In this document: piece after piece, positions 29,617 to 38,896 of the stretch
Numbering within the stretch: position 1 is the stretch's first letter
How the letters are laid out: each line of letters opens with the position of its first letter
Made by a program: the position numbers and the translations under genes
Source of the DNA: a virus
Lineage: Duplodnaviria > Caudoviricetes
Virus record (IMG/VR): IMGVR_UViG_3300029305_012082
Span: 40,688-104,687 of that record
DNA: 64,000 bases
Strand: one strand, 5' to 3'
Notes under the pieces: generated by a model
The model's input: the letters and a program-made list of their open reading frames with translations, nothing else
Told to the model about the DNA's origin: nothing
The model's database searches: none

Positions 29617-30411
29617 TTGGCAGAGACATTGTTAGCCATCATCTCCATTACCGGAAATGGAATACAGGACGTAACCTATGTCGAAATTGACGGAGAACAA
29701 TACTTTGGAGATGAAGAGATAGAAGTACCCCTTGGCACAGAAGTCCGATGTGCTTACTTTGGTGGATATCTTTATTTGAATGGCGAATTGAGCGACATGA
29801 ACAGTGAACACACGTTTGAGGCTACAGGAAATGTAGGTATCACATTCGTCGATTCTGGCGCATCAATTGAAGTCGAAATGGATAATTCCGAAGGCGATCC
29901 AGAACTCACAGGAGAGCACACGGCGATGGTTGGAGCGACAGTCTATCCAATCACAGAAGGAATCTGCCTTGCAGATGGCACTGGATATAAGATCGACATG
30001 GGAAGAACAATGGTCAATGGCACTATTTATGATGTCTCGTGGAAACGGACGATAAGAATAACTGGTGCCGGACGAGCAAAAAGCTATGACGAAAATTACG
30101 ATAATTACTACGGCTGCTTTGTCGAATTAGAAGATGGCACGTCTTATCCGGTTGCAAATGGACAAGTCAGAATTCCAGTTGACGTCACCATAGATGTTAA
30201 TCAGGGAGATGTTCTGATTCTCCAAACCACGAATTCTGTCAACCTGAAATCTTATATCTATTTGAACGGAGAAGAACCTGACGGGATCGAGGTATCCACG
30301 TCTGGAGGTAGAACGGACAAAAGATTTGAATATCGAGTGACAAAGAATGCGACCATTACACTCGAATACAATCTAAATACTTTGCCAAACAGAATTTACA
30401 TCGAGGATTAA
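29617..30411 (+). CDS. Tail-associated protein with two Ig-like repeats
   Basis: Two I.ITG.G...VE.D...Y...IYLNGE units. Confidence 0.55.
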   Translation: MAETLLAIISITGNGIQDVTYVEIDGEQYFGDEEIEVPLGTEVRCAYFGGYLYLNGELSDMNSEHTFEATGNVGITFVDSGASIEVEMDNSEGDPELTGEHTAMVGATVYPITEGICLADGTGYKIDMGRTMVNGTIYDVSWKRTIRITGAGRAKSYDENYDNYYGCFVELEDGTSYPVANGQVRIPVDVTIDVNQGDVLILQTTNSVNLKSYIYLNGEEPDGIEVSTSGGRTDKRFEYRVTKNATITLEYNLNTLPNRIYIED

Positions 30412-30424
30412 GGAGAGAACACCA

Positions 30425-30772
30425 GTGATCTATATTAACATCAACGGCGATCAATATCCTGCCAAAGTACGCGGATTTGTCAGAGATCCCAATTGGAATA
30501 ATCGAGACAGCAAAGAAATCACTTTATCGATGACTTATGAAAATGCACTTGCCATTTTTGTAGACGATGTGGACTGGGAGATTGTCTATCAAGCAAAGAG
30601 CTACACCAATGAAGATGGCGAGACAATAACCCCCGACCCTGCAATCTACGATAATAGCGATTGGTGTCTTGCTGGACCGATCACCGACAATCGGGATGGA
30701 ACCGTAACAGTTAAAATGGGAAAAATTACAGCCGAAGAAGCCTTGGCTGAACTTCTGGAGGTATTGGCATGA
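30425..30772 (+). CDS. Hypothetical phage tail-associated protein
   Basis: GPITDNRDGTVTVKMGK motif; GGAG RBS. Confidence 0.6.
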   Translation: MIYININGDQYPAKVRGFVRDPNWNNRDSKEITLSMTYENALAIFVDDVDWEIVYQAKSYTNEDGETITPDPAIYDNSDWCLAGPITDNRDGTVTVKMGKITAEEALAELLEVLA

Positions 30773-30948
30773 AACGAAAAGAACTTGATGCACTGAAGAC
30801 GAAGATCAAGCAGAAAACAGAAGAGTCTTCCGATCTGCACGCCCTCGTTGAAGCTATCTCTAAGCTTCCTTATGGACAGTTCAAAAAAGTCGCAACTGAT
30901 GAAGTGCTTGAAATACTAACAAAGTATGGCTACGTTGAAGCTTCCTAA
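30769..30948 (+). CDS. Hypothetical 59-aa protein (not in ORF track)
   Basis: ATGA overlap with the previous gene; GGAGGT RBS; MKRKELDALKTKIKQK...YGYVEAS. Confidence 0.55.
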   Translation: MKRKELDALKTKIKQKTEESSDLHALVEAISKLPYGQFKKVATDEVLEILTKYGYVEAS

Positions 30949-30960
30949 TAACGACGGGAG

Positions 30961-31263
30961 GTGTTCCCATTGGACTTGGCACACGAAGAACGACTGAGCA
31001 AGGTCGAAGAAAGGTCGAAGTCGAACCAGCATCGCCTAGATGAGATGGAGCGACGACAGGACAACCTTGACGATCTCGTTGGAACCGTTAAAGTTCTTGC
31101 ATCCAGAGAAGAAATAGTCGAGAAAGATGTAAAAGAAATTAAAGATGACGTCAAAGAATTGACCAACAGACCGGCAAAAAGGTGGGAAGACATCGTAAGC
31201 AAAGCGATTATGACCATTGTAGCCGCTGTTGTAGGGTTCATTTTGGCGAAAATCGGACTGTAA
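30961..31263 (+). CDS. XhlA-like coiled-coil membrane protein (lysis)
   Basis: RLSKVEERSKSNQHRLDE coiled coil followed by a C-terminal TM helix. Confidence 0.7.
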   Translation: MFPLDLAHEERLSKVEERSKSNQHRLDEMERRQDNLDDLVGTVKVLASREEIVEKDVKEIKDDVKELTNRPAKRWEDIVSKAIMTIVAAVVGFILAKIGL

Positions 31264-31300
31264 CCAAACCGAAAATCCCAGAGAGGAGATATACTTTCGA

Positions 31301-31720
31301 ATGGAAATAAAAGAATTCTTATCTGCGTTGCTCCAAGCGATACTGATTGCCTCTATACCTGTGGTTGCTACATACATCAAGAAGAGTCTTCAGGCGTTTG
31401 CAGAATATCTGAAATCAAAAATCGAGAACGACAAATCTAAGCATATTCTGGACGACATCGCAAAAGCTGTCACGGATGCAGTGACATACACGAGCCAGAC
31501 ATATGTTGACGCACTCAAGCAGAGCGGATCATTTACCATGGAGAACCAAGGGATTGCACTTCAGAAGTCCTATGACAAAGCAAAAATGCTGCTTGGAGAT
31601 CAGGCAATTGAGTACATCGAACTCACATACGGCAACCTGAAGGAATATCTCACCACCAGAATTGAGGCTGAAGTCAGGAAGCAAAAAGTTTGTGTTCAGG
31701 CTGTAGAAGCGAAGGAGTGA
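31301..31720 (+). CDS. Holin (LL-H-like)
   Basis: N-terminal TM helix; AV..TSQTYVD.LK and IEAEV motifs; directly before the endolysin. Confidence 0.7.
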   Translation: MEIKEFLSALLQAILIASIPVVATYIKKSLQAFAEYLKSKIENDKSKHILDDIAKAVTDAVTYTSQTYVDALKQSGSFTMENQGIALQKSYDKAKMLLGDQAIEYIELTYGNLKEYLTTRIEAEVRKQKVCVQAVEAKE

Positions 31721-31725
31721 GAAAC

Positions 31726-32550
31726 ATGACTGAATTGGAAAAGCGTCAACAGGTAGTTGATATCATGGCTGGATGGGTTGGCGCAACCAAGGGAAGTGCG
31801 GCACATAGAGAAATCCTATCTTTGTACAACGGCCGTTATCCTATTGCGAGAGGGTACGCTGTCCAAGAATATGACGATTATTGTGCTACAACGGTAAGTG
31901 CTGCCTTCATCAAGGCTGGGATCGCCGAGTACACAGGGACTGAGTGTGGCGTAGAACGGTTCGTTGAAGTTGCAAAAGAAAAAGGCATATGGATCGAAGA
32001 TGATGCATTTGTTCCCCAGTTCGGAGATGCGATTGTCTACGATTGGCAAGACACAGGCGTAGGAGACAGCCAGGGCTGGGCAGACCACATCGGCATCGTC
32101 GCTGCAGTGAATGGAAACCTTGAAACCGTAATTGAAGGCAACATGAGCGGCGGCGTTGTTGGAACCAGATCGATTGAGGTCAATGCAAGATACATACGAG
32201 GCTATATCTGCCCTGACTATGCAAAGATTGTCGGCGTGTCAACCGTTTCTCCGTCTGTTCAGCCACTACCTCAAGTGCCACTGCAGCCGCAGCAAACGCA
32301 TCCTCAAACAACAGATCTTAACTACGAAATGTTCAAGAGTTACCTTGCCAAATACAGAGGCGAGGTACGAGACAATGATGCATCTGCGTACAGCGAGGAA
32401 GCTCGTATCTGGAGTGTAGCAATGGGCTTAATCGCTGGCGGAGGCAATGGCGCGGACGGAAAGCCAAATTATATGTGGGAAGATTTTCTCACGAGAGAGC
32501 AATTTGTTACCGTGCTGTACCGGTTCGCTAAGATTATGGGTAGAGCCTAA
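31726..32550 (+). CDS. Endolysin: CHAP amidase plus SLH-like cell wall binding domain
   Basis: YCATTVSA, GDAIVYDW, HIGIV and IEGN; P/Q-rich linker; W....GLI.G...LTREQFVTVLYRF. Confidence 0.85.
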   Translation: MTELEKRQQVVDIMAGWVGATKGSAAHREILSLYNGRYPIARGYAVQEYDDYCATTVSAAFIKAGIAEYTGTECGVERFVEVAKEKGIWIEDDAFVPQFGDAIVYDWQDTGVGDSQGWADHIGIVAAVNGNLETVIEGNMSGGVVGTRSIEVNARYIRGYICPDYAKIVGVSTVSPSVQPLPQVPLQPQQTHPQTTDLNYEMFKSYLAKYRGEVRDNDASAYSEEARIWSVAMGLIAGGGNGADGKPNYMWEDFLTREQFVTVLYRFAKIMGRA

Positions 32551-32873
32551 TGAGCGGAAAATATCTCAAGAAAAGAAAAACCAAGGGCAGAAGCACTGAT
32601 TTCAGCAAACGTCTGGTATCGGATATCAGGAGTCTCCTTTGGGTTGTGACTATCGGCGGATTAGGGCTTGCCGGTCTTTGCATCATAAAAGGGTACACCG
32701 GATCGCTGCCGTGGTTGTCGGCTATGGTTGGATTGCCTTGGAGTGCCCACGGTGTCGTATGCTCTTTCTACCTTACAATGGCAAAATCAGATCACAAATC
32801 TGGAGGGATAACATTCGAAGCCGCAGCGGCTAATAACTTCGGAGTTGAAAAGTCGAATAGTCCTTCCATCTGA
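32550..32873 (+). CDS. Two-TM membrane protein (holin/antiholin-like)
   Basis: Basic N-terminus and two hydrophobic helices; overlaps the endolysin stop. Confidence 0.6.
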   Translation: MSGKYLKKRKTKGRSTDFSKRLVSDIRSLLWVVTIGGLGLAGLCIIKGYTGSLPWLSAMVGLPWSAHGVVCSFYLTMAKSDHKSGGITFEAAAANNFGVEKSNSPSI

Positions 32874-32975
32874 ATACATTAAGCGATCACGGGTTTACCT
32901 CCGGCCCGTTTCGCCCGGTGTTCGTAAGAAAGATATCCCCCTTTTCTTCGACAAAATCGAATACCGGAAATAAAT

Positions 32976-33012
32976 CCCCCCCACTTCAGCAATTGCTGGA
33001 GTGGGGGCTTTT
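32976..33012 (+). terminator. Intrinsic terminator ending the late operon
   Basis: CCCCCACTTCAGC-aatt-GCTGGAGTGGGGG followed by ctttt. Confidence 0.8.
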
Positions 33013-33231
33013 GTTTTTGTGGAACAACTCCGCAGAAAAAATCAATGCTCAATTTATACAAAAATGAAAGCTCTGTTTTGACAGAATGTTCCCTGCGGCA
33101 TTTTAGCAACTTTTTATACACTTATACCAATGAAAAATAATTACGGCAAAACTCATTCTAAAGTCCCACAAAAGGATTATGATCTAAAATGGCGATTTGA
33201 ATAAATCTTTTCAAATATATCGAAATTCCTC

Positions 33232-33290
33232 TTGACTTTACTGATTGGTATGCTACGATATAGTCACAAAAAAGTTTACCGATTGGTAAA
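33232..33290 (+). promoter_or_regulatory. Early promoter P1 with two operator-like sites
   Basis: TTGACT-16-TACGAT with TG; TTACTGATTGGTA in the spacer; TTTACCGATTGGTAAA at 33275-33290. Confidence 0.75.
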
Positions 33291-33350
33291 AAGGAGTTTC
33301 AAACGATAAACGCGGAGATTTATCCGCAATCAAGAAAAGGAGTTCTCAGC

Positions 33351-33701
33351 ATGATAGATCTCAGAAAATATTCGGCTCTCATCCGTGAAATGGTTGCCAA
33401 AGAAAACGAAAAAGACCTCAACTGGAAGTGGTCGGTTAAGTCGATTGGGAAGAAGAAAGCGCGCATTCGCTGGGGCTATCTGGACTATCTGGAAGAGGAA
33501 CAGAACTGCTTCATCCTTTCTGTCGATTGCAACAAGGAAGCCGGAGACTGGATCTGGGCTTGTCTCCCTGACGGAGACCACATTGAATGCTATATGGTTG
33601 CTGAGAAACCGAATCCGAAGATCGGCGCAGAGCAGACAATCGAGAGCGGCATCAGAGATGCAATTGAGGAAATCGCCTACTATGCACACACCAGATATTG
33701 A
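33351..33701 (+). CDS. Hypothetical early protein
   Basis: AAGGAG RBS; first gene after P1. Confidence 0.65.
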   Translation: MIDLRKYSALIREMVAKENEKDLNWKWSVKSIGKKKARIRWGYLDYLEEEQNCFILSVDCNKEAGDWIWACLPDGDHIECYMVAEKPNPKIGAEQTIESGIRDAIEEIAYYAHTRY

Positions 33702-33716
33702 AAGGATGAGAAAAAG

Positions 33717-33974
33717 ATGAAGAAATACTTAGTTCAGACAAAGCATTCAAACGGCGAGATCGATCTCTCCGAGAACACTGCAGGTCAGATCATCAATTTC
33801 TTTGGTTTTCGTGACTGCACCGACTGCGACTACGAGGTTTTCGACGGCACAGTTTTCGGCTCCATGATCCGCCTTATCTACGAGCCGGCGGAACACCCTC
33901 CGTTCAACTTCCACCGTTTCATCAATTCGGCGACCAAGGAAGTCGAGTTTGAAGGTTTCAGCAAAGAGCACTGA
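33717..33974 (+). CDS. Hypothetical early protein
   Basis: ORF with RBS in a tightly packed operon. Confidence 0.6.
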   Translation: MKKYLVQTKHSNGEIDLSENTAGQIINFFGFRDCTDCDYEVFDGTVFGSMIRLIYEPAEHPPFNFHRFINSATKEVEFEGFSKEH

Positions 33975-34687
33975 GGAGAAAAAGAAATGTTTTATGTACT
34001 AGACTTCAGAAGTCACCAGTTCCGTACCTGCCATACCATACAGGATGTTTTATTGCAAATTAAATACCTTCTTCTTTCAGGCGTATACGAAGATGAAATC
34101 GAAATCGTAAGTTGTTTTCACGATGAAATTAGATTTACGGTTGACGAATTTATCTCTGACAACGAAGGTGGTGCAGCCGTATGATCTTTCTTTGCTACGA
34201 CCCTGTCGGAAAAACCTTAGAAGAAGTTACACGAGAACCAACTGTATATTCGCAAGGAGTTTCTGTTTTTGTTCTTCAATATGAAAACGACACTCTCGGA
34301 AAGAGAGCAGCTGACGGGTTTTCTTTGAGAGAGATTCTTTGCCGGCACCCGGAGTTGAAAACCGCTTTGGTAGTCAGCCACAACGACTTCTTTGGTGAGT
34401 CCGTGTTCCGAGTCAGAAAGGAGAATTGCATTGAAAGCGAAACGAATTGAAGGTATCGTCTACCGGATCAGGACGACCTACGGAGGCTTCCTGGTGGAGG
34501 TTCCCAACGAGGGCGATACGATAGGCGAGCTCGCCCGGTACTGCGCTAACCTCAGCATGAGCGGTTACATCATTTCGTCCGTAACGAGAGTGCTCGATGC
34601 GGACACCGCAACGCCGAGAGTTTCTGTCCTGACCACAAAGGAATATCGGGACGAAATCAAACGGCTGACCAAGAAGGAGAATTGATA

Positions 34688-35632
34688 ATGAAGCTGGATG
34701 AAATGTGGAACGGCCTGAAGCGGATTGCAAACGGCGATTATGTGCTGGAAGGTGATTTGATTGTCACCGAAGACGAAGACTTGGAAGTGGAGCTGAATGA
34801 CCCGCTGGTTGTCAATGGCACGGTTGATGTCAAAAAGAGCCTGATTGTCCGTTGTGGCATCAAGGCTGGCGATGGCATCAATGCTGGCTGTGGCATCAAG
34901 GCTGGCGATGGCATCAATGCTGGAGATAGCATCAATGCTGGCTGTGGCATCAATGCTGGCTGTGGCATCAAGGCTGGCTGTGGCATCGATGCTGGCTGGG
35001 GCATCAATGCTGGAGATGGCATCAATGCTGGCTGGGGCATCAAGGCTGGCTATGGCATCAATGCTGGCTGGGGCATCAATGCTGGCTGGGGCATCAAGGC
35101 TGGCTATGGCATCAATGCTGGCTGGGGCATCAAGGCTGGCTGTGGCATCAATGCTGGCTGGGGCATCGATGCTGGCGATGGCATCAATGCTGGCTGGGAC
35201 ATCAAGGCTGGCGAGGGCATCAATGCTGGCTGGGGCATCAATGCTGGAGATGACATCAATGCTGGCGATGGCATCAATGCTGGAGATGGCATCAAGGCTG
35301 GCTGTGGCATCAATGCTGGCTGGGGCATCGATGCTGGCGATGGCATCAATGCTGGCTGGGACATCAAGGCTGGCGAGGGCATCAATGCTGGCTGGGGCAT
35401 CAATGCTGGAGATGACATCAATGCTGGCGATGGCATCAATGCTGGAGATGGCATCAATGCTGGCGATGGCATCAAGGCTGGTACGTACATCTGCTGCGAG
35501 AAGCGCATCTTTGCTGGCCTGTCCGTGTCCAGAACAAGCACAGACTGTGACAAAAAGATCATTTGCGCCGAACTGCTGAAGGGCGAAATTGCCTATGGTG
35601 ATTTAGAGATTGTACAACATAAGGAGGATTGA
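34688..35632 (+). CDS. Hexapeptide-repeat (GI[NKD]AG[CDWYE]) beta-solenoid protein
   Basis: 35 in-frame six-residue repeats between unique N- and C-terminal caps. Confidence 0.8.
   Translation: MKLDEMWNGLKRIANGDYVLEGDLIVTEDEDLEVELNDPLVVNGTVDVKKSLIVRCGIKAGDGINAGCGIKAGDGINAGDSINAGCGINAGCGIKAGCGIDAGWGINAGDGINAGWGIKAGYGINAGWGINAGWGIKAGYGINAGWGIKAGCGINAGWGIDAGDGINAGWDIKAGEGINAGWGINAGDDINAGDGINAGDGIKAGCGINAGWGIDAGDGINAGWDIKAGEGINAGWGINAGDDINAGDGINAGDGINAGDGIKAGTYICCEKRIFAGLSVSRTSTDCDKKIICAELLKGEIAYGDLEIVQHKED
34856..35485 (+). repeat. 35 x 18-bp tandem repeat (GGCATCAA[T/G]GCTGG[C/A]NNN)
   Basis: Counted from the translation; units 16-24 recur as units 25-33. Confidence 0.95.
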
Positions 35633-35800
35633 AAATGGTTCAGTGGGTTGTTTTTAAGCGTGGCAAAAAAGAGCTGCTGGCATATACGCTTCAGGGGACG
35701 TTCCGTGAGGAACGAGAACAAACAATCGAATTGCTTGCCTGCGAACACGGCATTCCGAAAGAAGAAATTTCCGTTACGATCGAGGCAAGGAGGAGATAAA

Positions 35801-36448
35801 ATGAAAGACGCTTTTATGAAAATTTTCAATGCTCATATTAAACGAGATGGAGCAGACAAATTACTGGAGTGGCTGAAGACTACAGATTTCTTTGAAGCAC
35901 CGGCATCTACTAAGTATCATCTGAACCGCCCCGGCGGGTTGCTGGAACATAGTCTTAATGTTTATGCACGACTTCGGCAACTGTACATCAATGAACGGAA
36001 ACGGGAGAATATTGACTTTGTCGCCCTGACAGATCATGAAGAAGAAAAGATTGCTATTTGTGGTCTGTTCCATGACTTCTGCAAGATCGGGCTTTATCGG
36101 CAAGAACCAAAAAATCAGAAAACCTATGATCCGGAAAAAGTTGGTGCCGCGCATCCCAAAAGCATTAAGCATGATGCTCTTGGAGACTTTGTCTGGGAAA
36201 CTGTCATGGGATACACACATGAGGACAATCTGCCCTATGGGCATGGCGAAAAGTCTGTCTACATCCTGTCTGGCTTCATCAAGTTGAGCAGGGAAGAGGC
36301 AATGGCGATCCGGTGGCACATGGGCTTTTCTGATGATACATTCCGAGGCGGTTCTCAGGCGGTTGGTCAAGCATTTGGGATGTACCCTCTGGCTGTTATG
36401 CTGCATATGGCGGACCTCGCAGCAACCTTCATGGACGAGAAGGAGTAA
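35801..36448 (+). CDS. HD-domain phosphohydrolase
   Basis: APASTKYH...GGLLEHSLNV, LFHDFCK, GHGEKS, AIRWHMG and LHMAD motifs. Confidence 0.85.
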   Translation: MKDAFMKIFNAHIKRDGADKLLEWLKTTDFFEAPASTKYHLNRPGGLLEHSLNVYARLRQLYINERKRENIDFVALTDHEEEKIAICGLFHDFCKIGLYRQEPKNQKTYDPEKVGAAHPKSIKHDALGDFVWETVMGYTHEDNLPYGHGEKSVYILSGFIKLSREEAMAIRWHMGFSDDTFRGGSQAVGQAFGMYPLAVMLHMADLAATFMDEKE

Positions 36449-36812
36449 TTGATGAGTACCGAAACACGAGTAGAAGCTCTCATTAAGATCATTCAAACAG
36501 GATCAATCCTATGCGGACTCGATCTCACTGTGACAGGAAACCAGATTGCGTTTGTAGATCAACGAGAAGGAAAGCTTGTATCTTTCTGGACTCCAGAATA
36601 TACTTTATCTGACAAGTTAGGAAAGGAAGGAGAGAATGAAGGTGTCTCCCACTGATATTTCTTTTATCCTTTTCTATGCCTCTCGAACGTTTCTTGTTCT
36701 TTCATTAGGAGTCTTCTTCAGTGATTACATTATCCCCAGAATTAAATGGCTGGACAGATGGATTAGCCGGTTACCAGCTAACCGTGATGAATAATAGATT
36801 GGAGGGCTATCC

Positions 36813-37013
36813 ATAAATATCGGAGACATTGTAAGTGAGAAGATTGAAGAACTCGGCATTCAGAGAATGGGAAAGGTCATTTTCATTCATCCGAAGGGCA
36901 GGTTCTACACCGTAGAATTCGATCTGGGAAATCAGATCGTTCGACACTGCTACACATTCGACCGACCTGAAGAATATATTGAAAAAGAAAGAGGATACAA
37001 GCGAAAAGCGTAG
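36813..37013 (+). CDS. Hypothetical 66-aa protein with probable ATA start
   Basis: GGAGG 7 nt before ATA; INIGDIV...GKVIFIHPKGRFYTVEF. Confidence 0.45.
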   Translation: MNIGDIVSEKIEELGIQRMGKVIFIHPKGRFYTVEFDLGNQIVRHCYTFDRPEEYIEKERGYKRKA

Positions 37014-37083
37014 ACTAGAATTCGGCTCAATTCATTGTAAAAACGGTCAGGTCTAGAAAAATAAAAATTCTGCATAAAGAATG

Positions 37084-37125
37084 AAATCCCTCGCAAGCCG
37101 CATAGGTGCTTGCGAGGGATTTTTT
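37084..37125 (+). terminator. Intrinsic terminator
   Basis: AAATCCCTCGCAAGC...GCTTGCGAGGGATTT followed by ttt. Confidence 0.8.
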
Positions 37126-37210
37126 GTTAGAAAAAATTATATGTAGCAGATGAAGGCAAACAAAAGAAAAACTGAACTTTTGAGGGGAAAAAACAGCCGA
37201 ATAAAGCATA

Positions 37211-37285
37211 TTTACCGCATGGTAAAAACAAATAAGCAAAATTTACCGTCATATCTATTGACTAGGTAGGTAGGTATGCTACGAT
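37211..37285 (+). promoter_or_regulatory. Early promoter P2 with an upstream operator variant
   Basis: TTTACCGCATGGTAAA at 37211-37226; TTGACT(37258)-AGGTAGGTAGGTATGC-TACGAT. Confidence 0.7.
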
Positions 37286-37375
37286 ATCATCGAAGAAATA
37301 CAACAAGAAAAGGGTGCTACAACACCTAATTCCTGTGGAAGATCGTATCTTTTCGACTATTTAAGGAGGTATAAC

Positions 37376-37645
37376 ATGGTCACACCAGCCCTGGTAAAAC
37401 AGAAAGCTCAGGCACTGAATGCCATTATGGAGGCATTCGAACACTACTATCTTGAAGTATTGGAGATAGGTCACTCGGATATGGATGAAAGAGAAATAAA
37501 TCTCAGGGATAATGGATGCAACGCATTCTACCTTATTCGAGAAATGCTTTCCAACTTGACCGCCATCATGGACGAGTTAGCTGGACATATGGAAGTTTGC
37601 AATGCAATTGCTGCAATTAACAAAAATAAACAGGGAGGAAAATAA
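37376..37645 (+). CDS. Hypothetical protein
   Basis: AAGGAGGT RBS. Confidence 0.65.
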   Translation: MVTPALVKQKAQALNAIMEAFEHYYLEVLEIGHSDMDEREINLRDNGCNAFYLIREMLSNLTAIMDELAGHMEVCNAIAAINKNKQGGK

Positions 37646-37648
37646 TAA

Positions 37649-38152
37649 ATGGAAAGTGTAAAAGAACTCCAGAAGAACACAGCGGTTATTGAAAGCAAAT
37701 CTCACTCCATCCGTGCGATTCTGAAAGATGGAGAAACACTGTTCGCAGCGAGAGATATTCTCCAAGCGTGTGGTATCAAGTATCCGGGGCGATGGATGAA
37801 TCGTGTAAGGCACGAATTCCCCAATAAGTACCCCGAAGAAAAACTCACTTATCCATTCATGACCGATGGAGGATTGAGAGGAATTAAGATGATATTCGTT
37901 TCTGAGAATACCGCTATGAAGATCTTAGAGGCGACACCTTGTACCCAAGAGATGAAGAAATGGCTTATAAAAGATGTGCTTACATACAAAATCGATACAG
38001 ACGCTCATTGTCGGCCGGGCACAGCACATGAAGGATTGGTCATTGAAGAAAAAGAACAATGTGCCAATCATTCGGCTGAAGAACTCAACCGAATGATCGA
38101 TAGGATTTTGATTGTATTGTTGGAAATGAAAAAAGCTGTTACCATCCAGTAA
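37649..38152 (+). CDS. Bro-N-like (antirepressor-type) DNA-binding protein
   Basis: IRAILKDGETLFAARDILQACG, T.GG.....FVSE and KKWL..DVL resemble Bro-N. Confidence 0.65.
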   Translation: MESVKELQKNTAVIESKSHSIRAILKDGETLFAARDILQACGIKYPGRWMNRVRHEFPNKYPEEKLTYPFMTDGGLRGIKMIFVSENTAMKILEATPCTQEMKKWLIKDVLTYKIDTDAHCRPGTAHEGLVIEEKEQCANHSAEELNRMIDRILIVLLEMKKAVTIQ

Positions 38153-38377
38153 CAAAACAGTCACCATGAAAATCTCATGGTGACTGCATTTGAAAGATTA
38201 TACCTTGCGGATACGGCGATTCCAGCTTATCACAAACAACAATACATCATTAGGAGCAAGAAAAAAGCTCCATCCTGTAAAATCACAACGACAAAATGTT
38301 TCACGGGAAACACAACGGTAATTTCTGACCAGAAATCGCTTTACTGTAAAATATTTGTGACTATCACCGATTTACTA

Positions 38378-38405
38378 TTGACATAGACGGTAGGTGTGTT
38401 ACGAT
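38378..38405 (+). promoter_or_regulatory. Early promoter P3
   Basis: TTGACA-TAGACGGTAGGTGTGT-TACGAT. Confidence 0.7.
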
Positions 38406-38455
38406 AAGTATGAAGGTAATCACCTTCAATATAAGCCGGGTAGGAGGTAAACGAA

Positions 38456-38593
38456 ATGGAGCCTGATGCCATGACTGTAGCTGAGCTGATTGTTTTTCTG
38501 GAAACTCTTGCAGAGAACGTAGAGCTTAAAGCAGCAACCGGCGCAGACGCAGCGCAGATTATTCGTGAGAAAATCGGAAATCTAAAGGCGTAA
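38456..38593 (+). CDS. 45-aa peptide (not in ORF track)
   Basis: AGGAGGT RBS; MEPDAMTVAELIVFLETLAENVELKAATGADAAQIIREKIGNLKA. Confidence 0.65.
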   Translation: MEPDAMTVAELIVFLETLAENVELKAATGADAAQIIREKIGNLKA

Positions 38594-38668
38594 AAAAGGG
38601 GTCAGCTGCAACCTGACCCCAAATCCCCCAGAACTAAAGAGGGGCGGTGGTGCCTACCCACCACTCGC
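38591..38668 (-). ncRNA. Predicted small antisense RNA (about 75-80 nt)
   Basis: Minus-strand TTGATT-17-TATTAT promoter with TG (38703-38675); GC-rich stem; GGGGTCAG/CTGACCCC terminator followed by T6 on the minus strand. Confidence 0.55.
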
Positions 38669-38896
38669 TCCTCCATAATACCATCAAGGGTAGGAAAAAT
38701 CAAGGAGGCCGTCAAGTGTTTGCTGTAGTTATTGCATATCCCACAGGAAAGCGAGATCTGATCGATTTTGCATCCTGCCCTGAGGAAGCTGAAGAAATTA
38801 TAGAAACAGTTTGCCGCAACAATGGTGGCCGCCAATACCTCTACGAGAAGGGCGTTCGCTTTCAAGTGGAACTGGCATTTTGAGGAGGAATGGTAC

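Noticed and set aside
14665-30948. Diversity-generating retroelement or invertible tail fibre shufflon
   Set aside because: No reverse transcriptase, recombinase, TR/VR pair or inverted fibre cassettes were seen by eye in this window; a self-alignment would be needed to fully exclude them.
34856-35485. Possible CRISPR array
   Set aside because: The 18-bp units are contiguous with no unique spacers, lie in frame within a CDS, and no cas genes are present.
34738-35579. Alternative-frame repeat ORFs (ASML..., PALM...)
   Set aside because: They are open only because the 18-bp unit lacks stops; the GINAG frame has an RBS and unique caps.
37264-37275. (AGGT)3 in promoter spacers as a phase-variable tract
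   Set aside because: Only three units, and all six promoters keep the same 16-bp spacing, which favours a binding motif over slippage.
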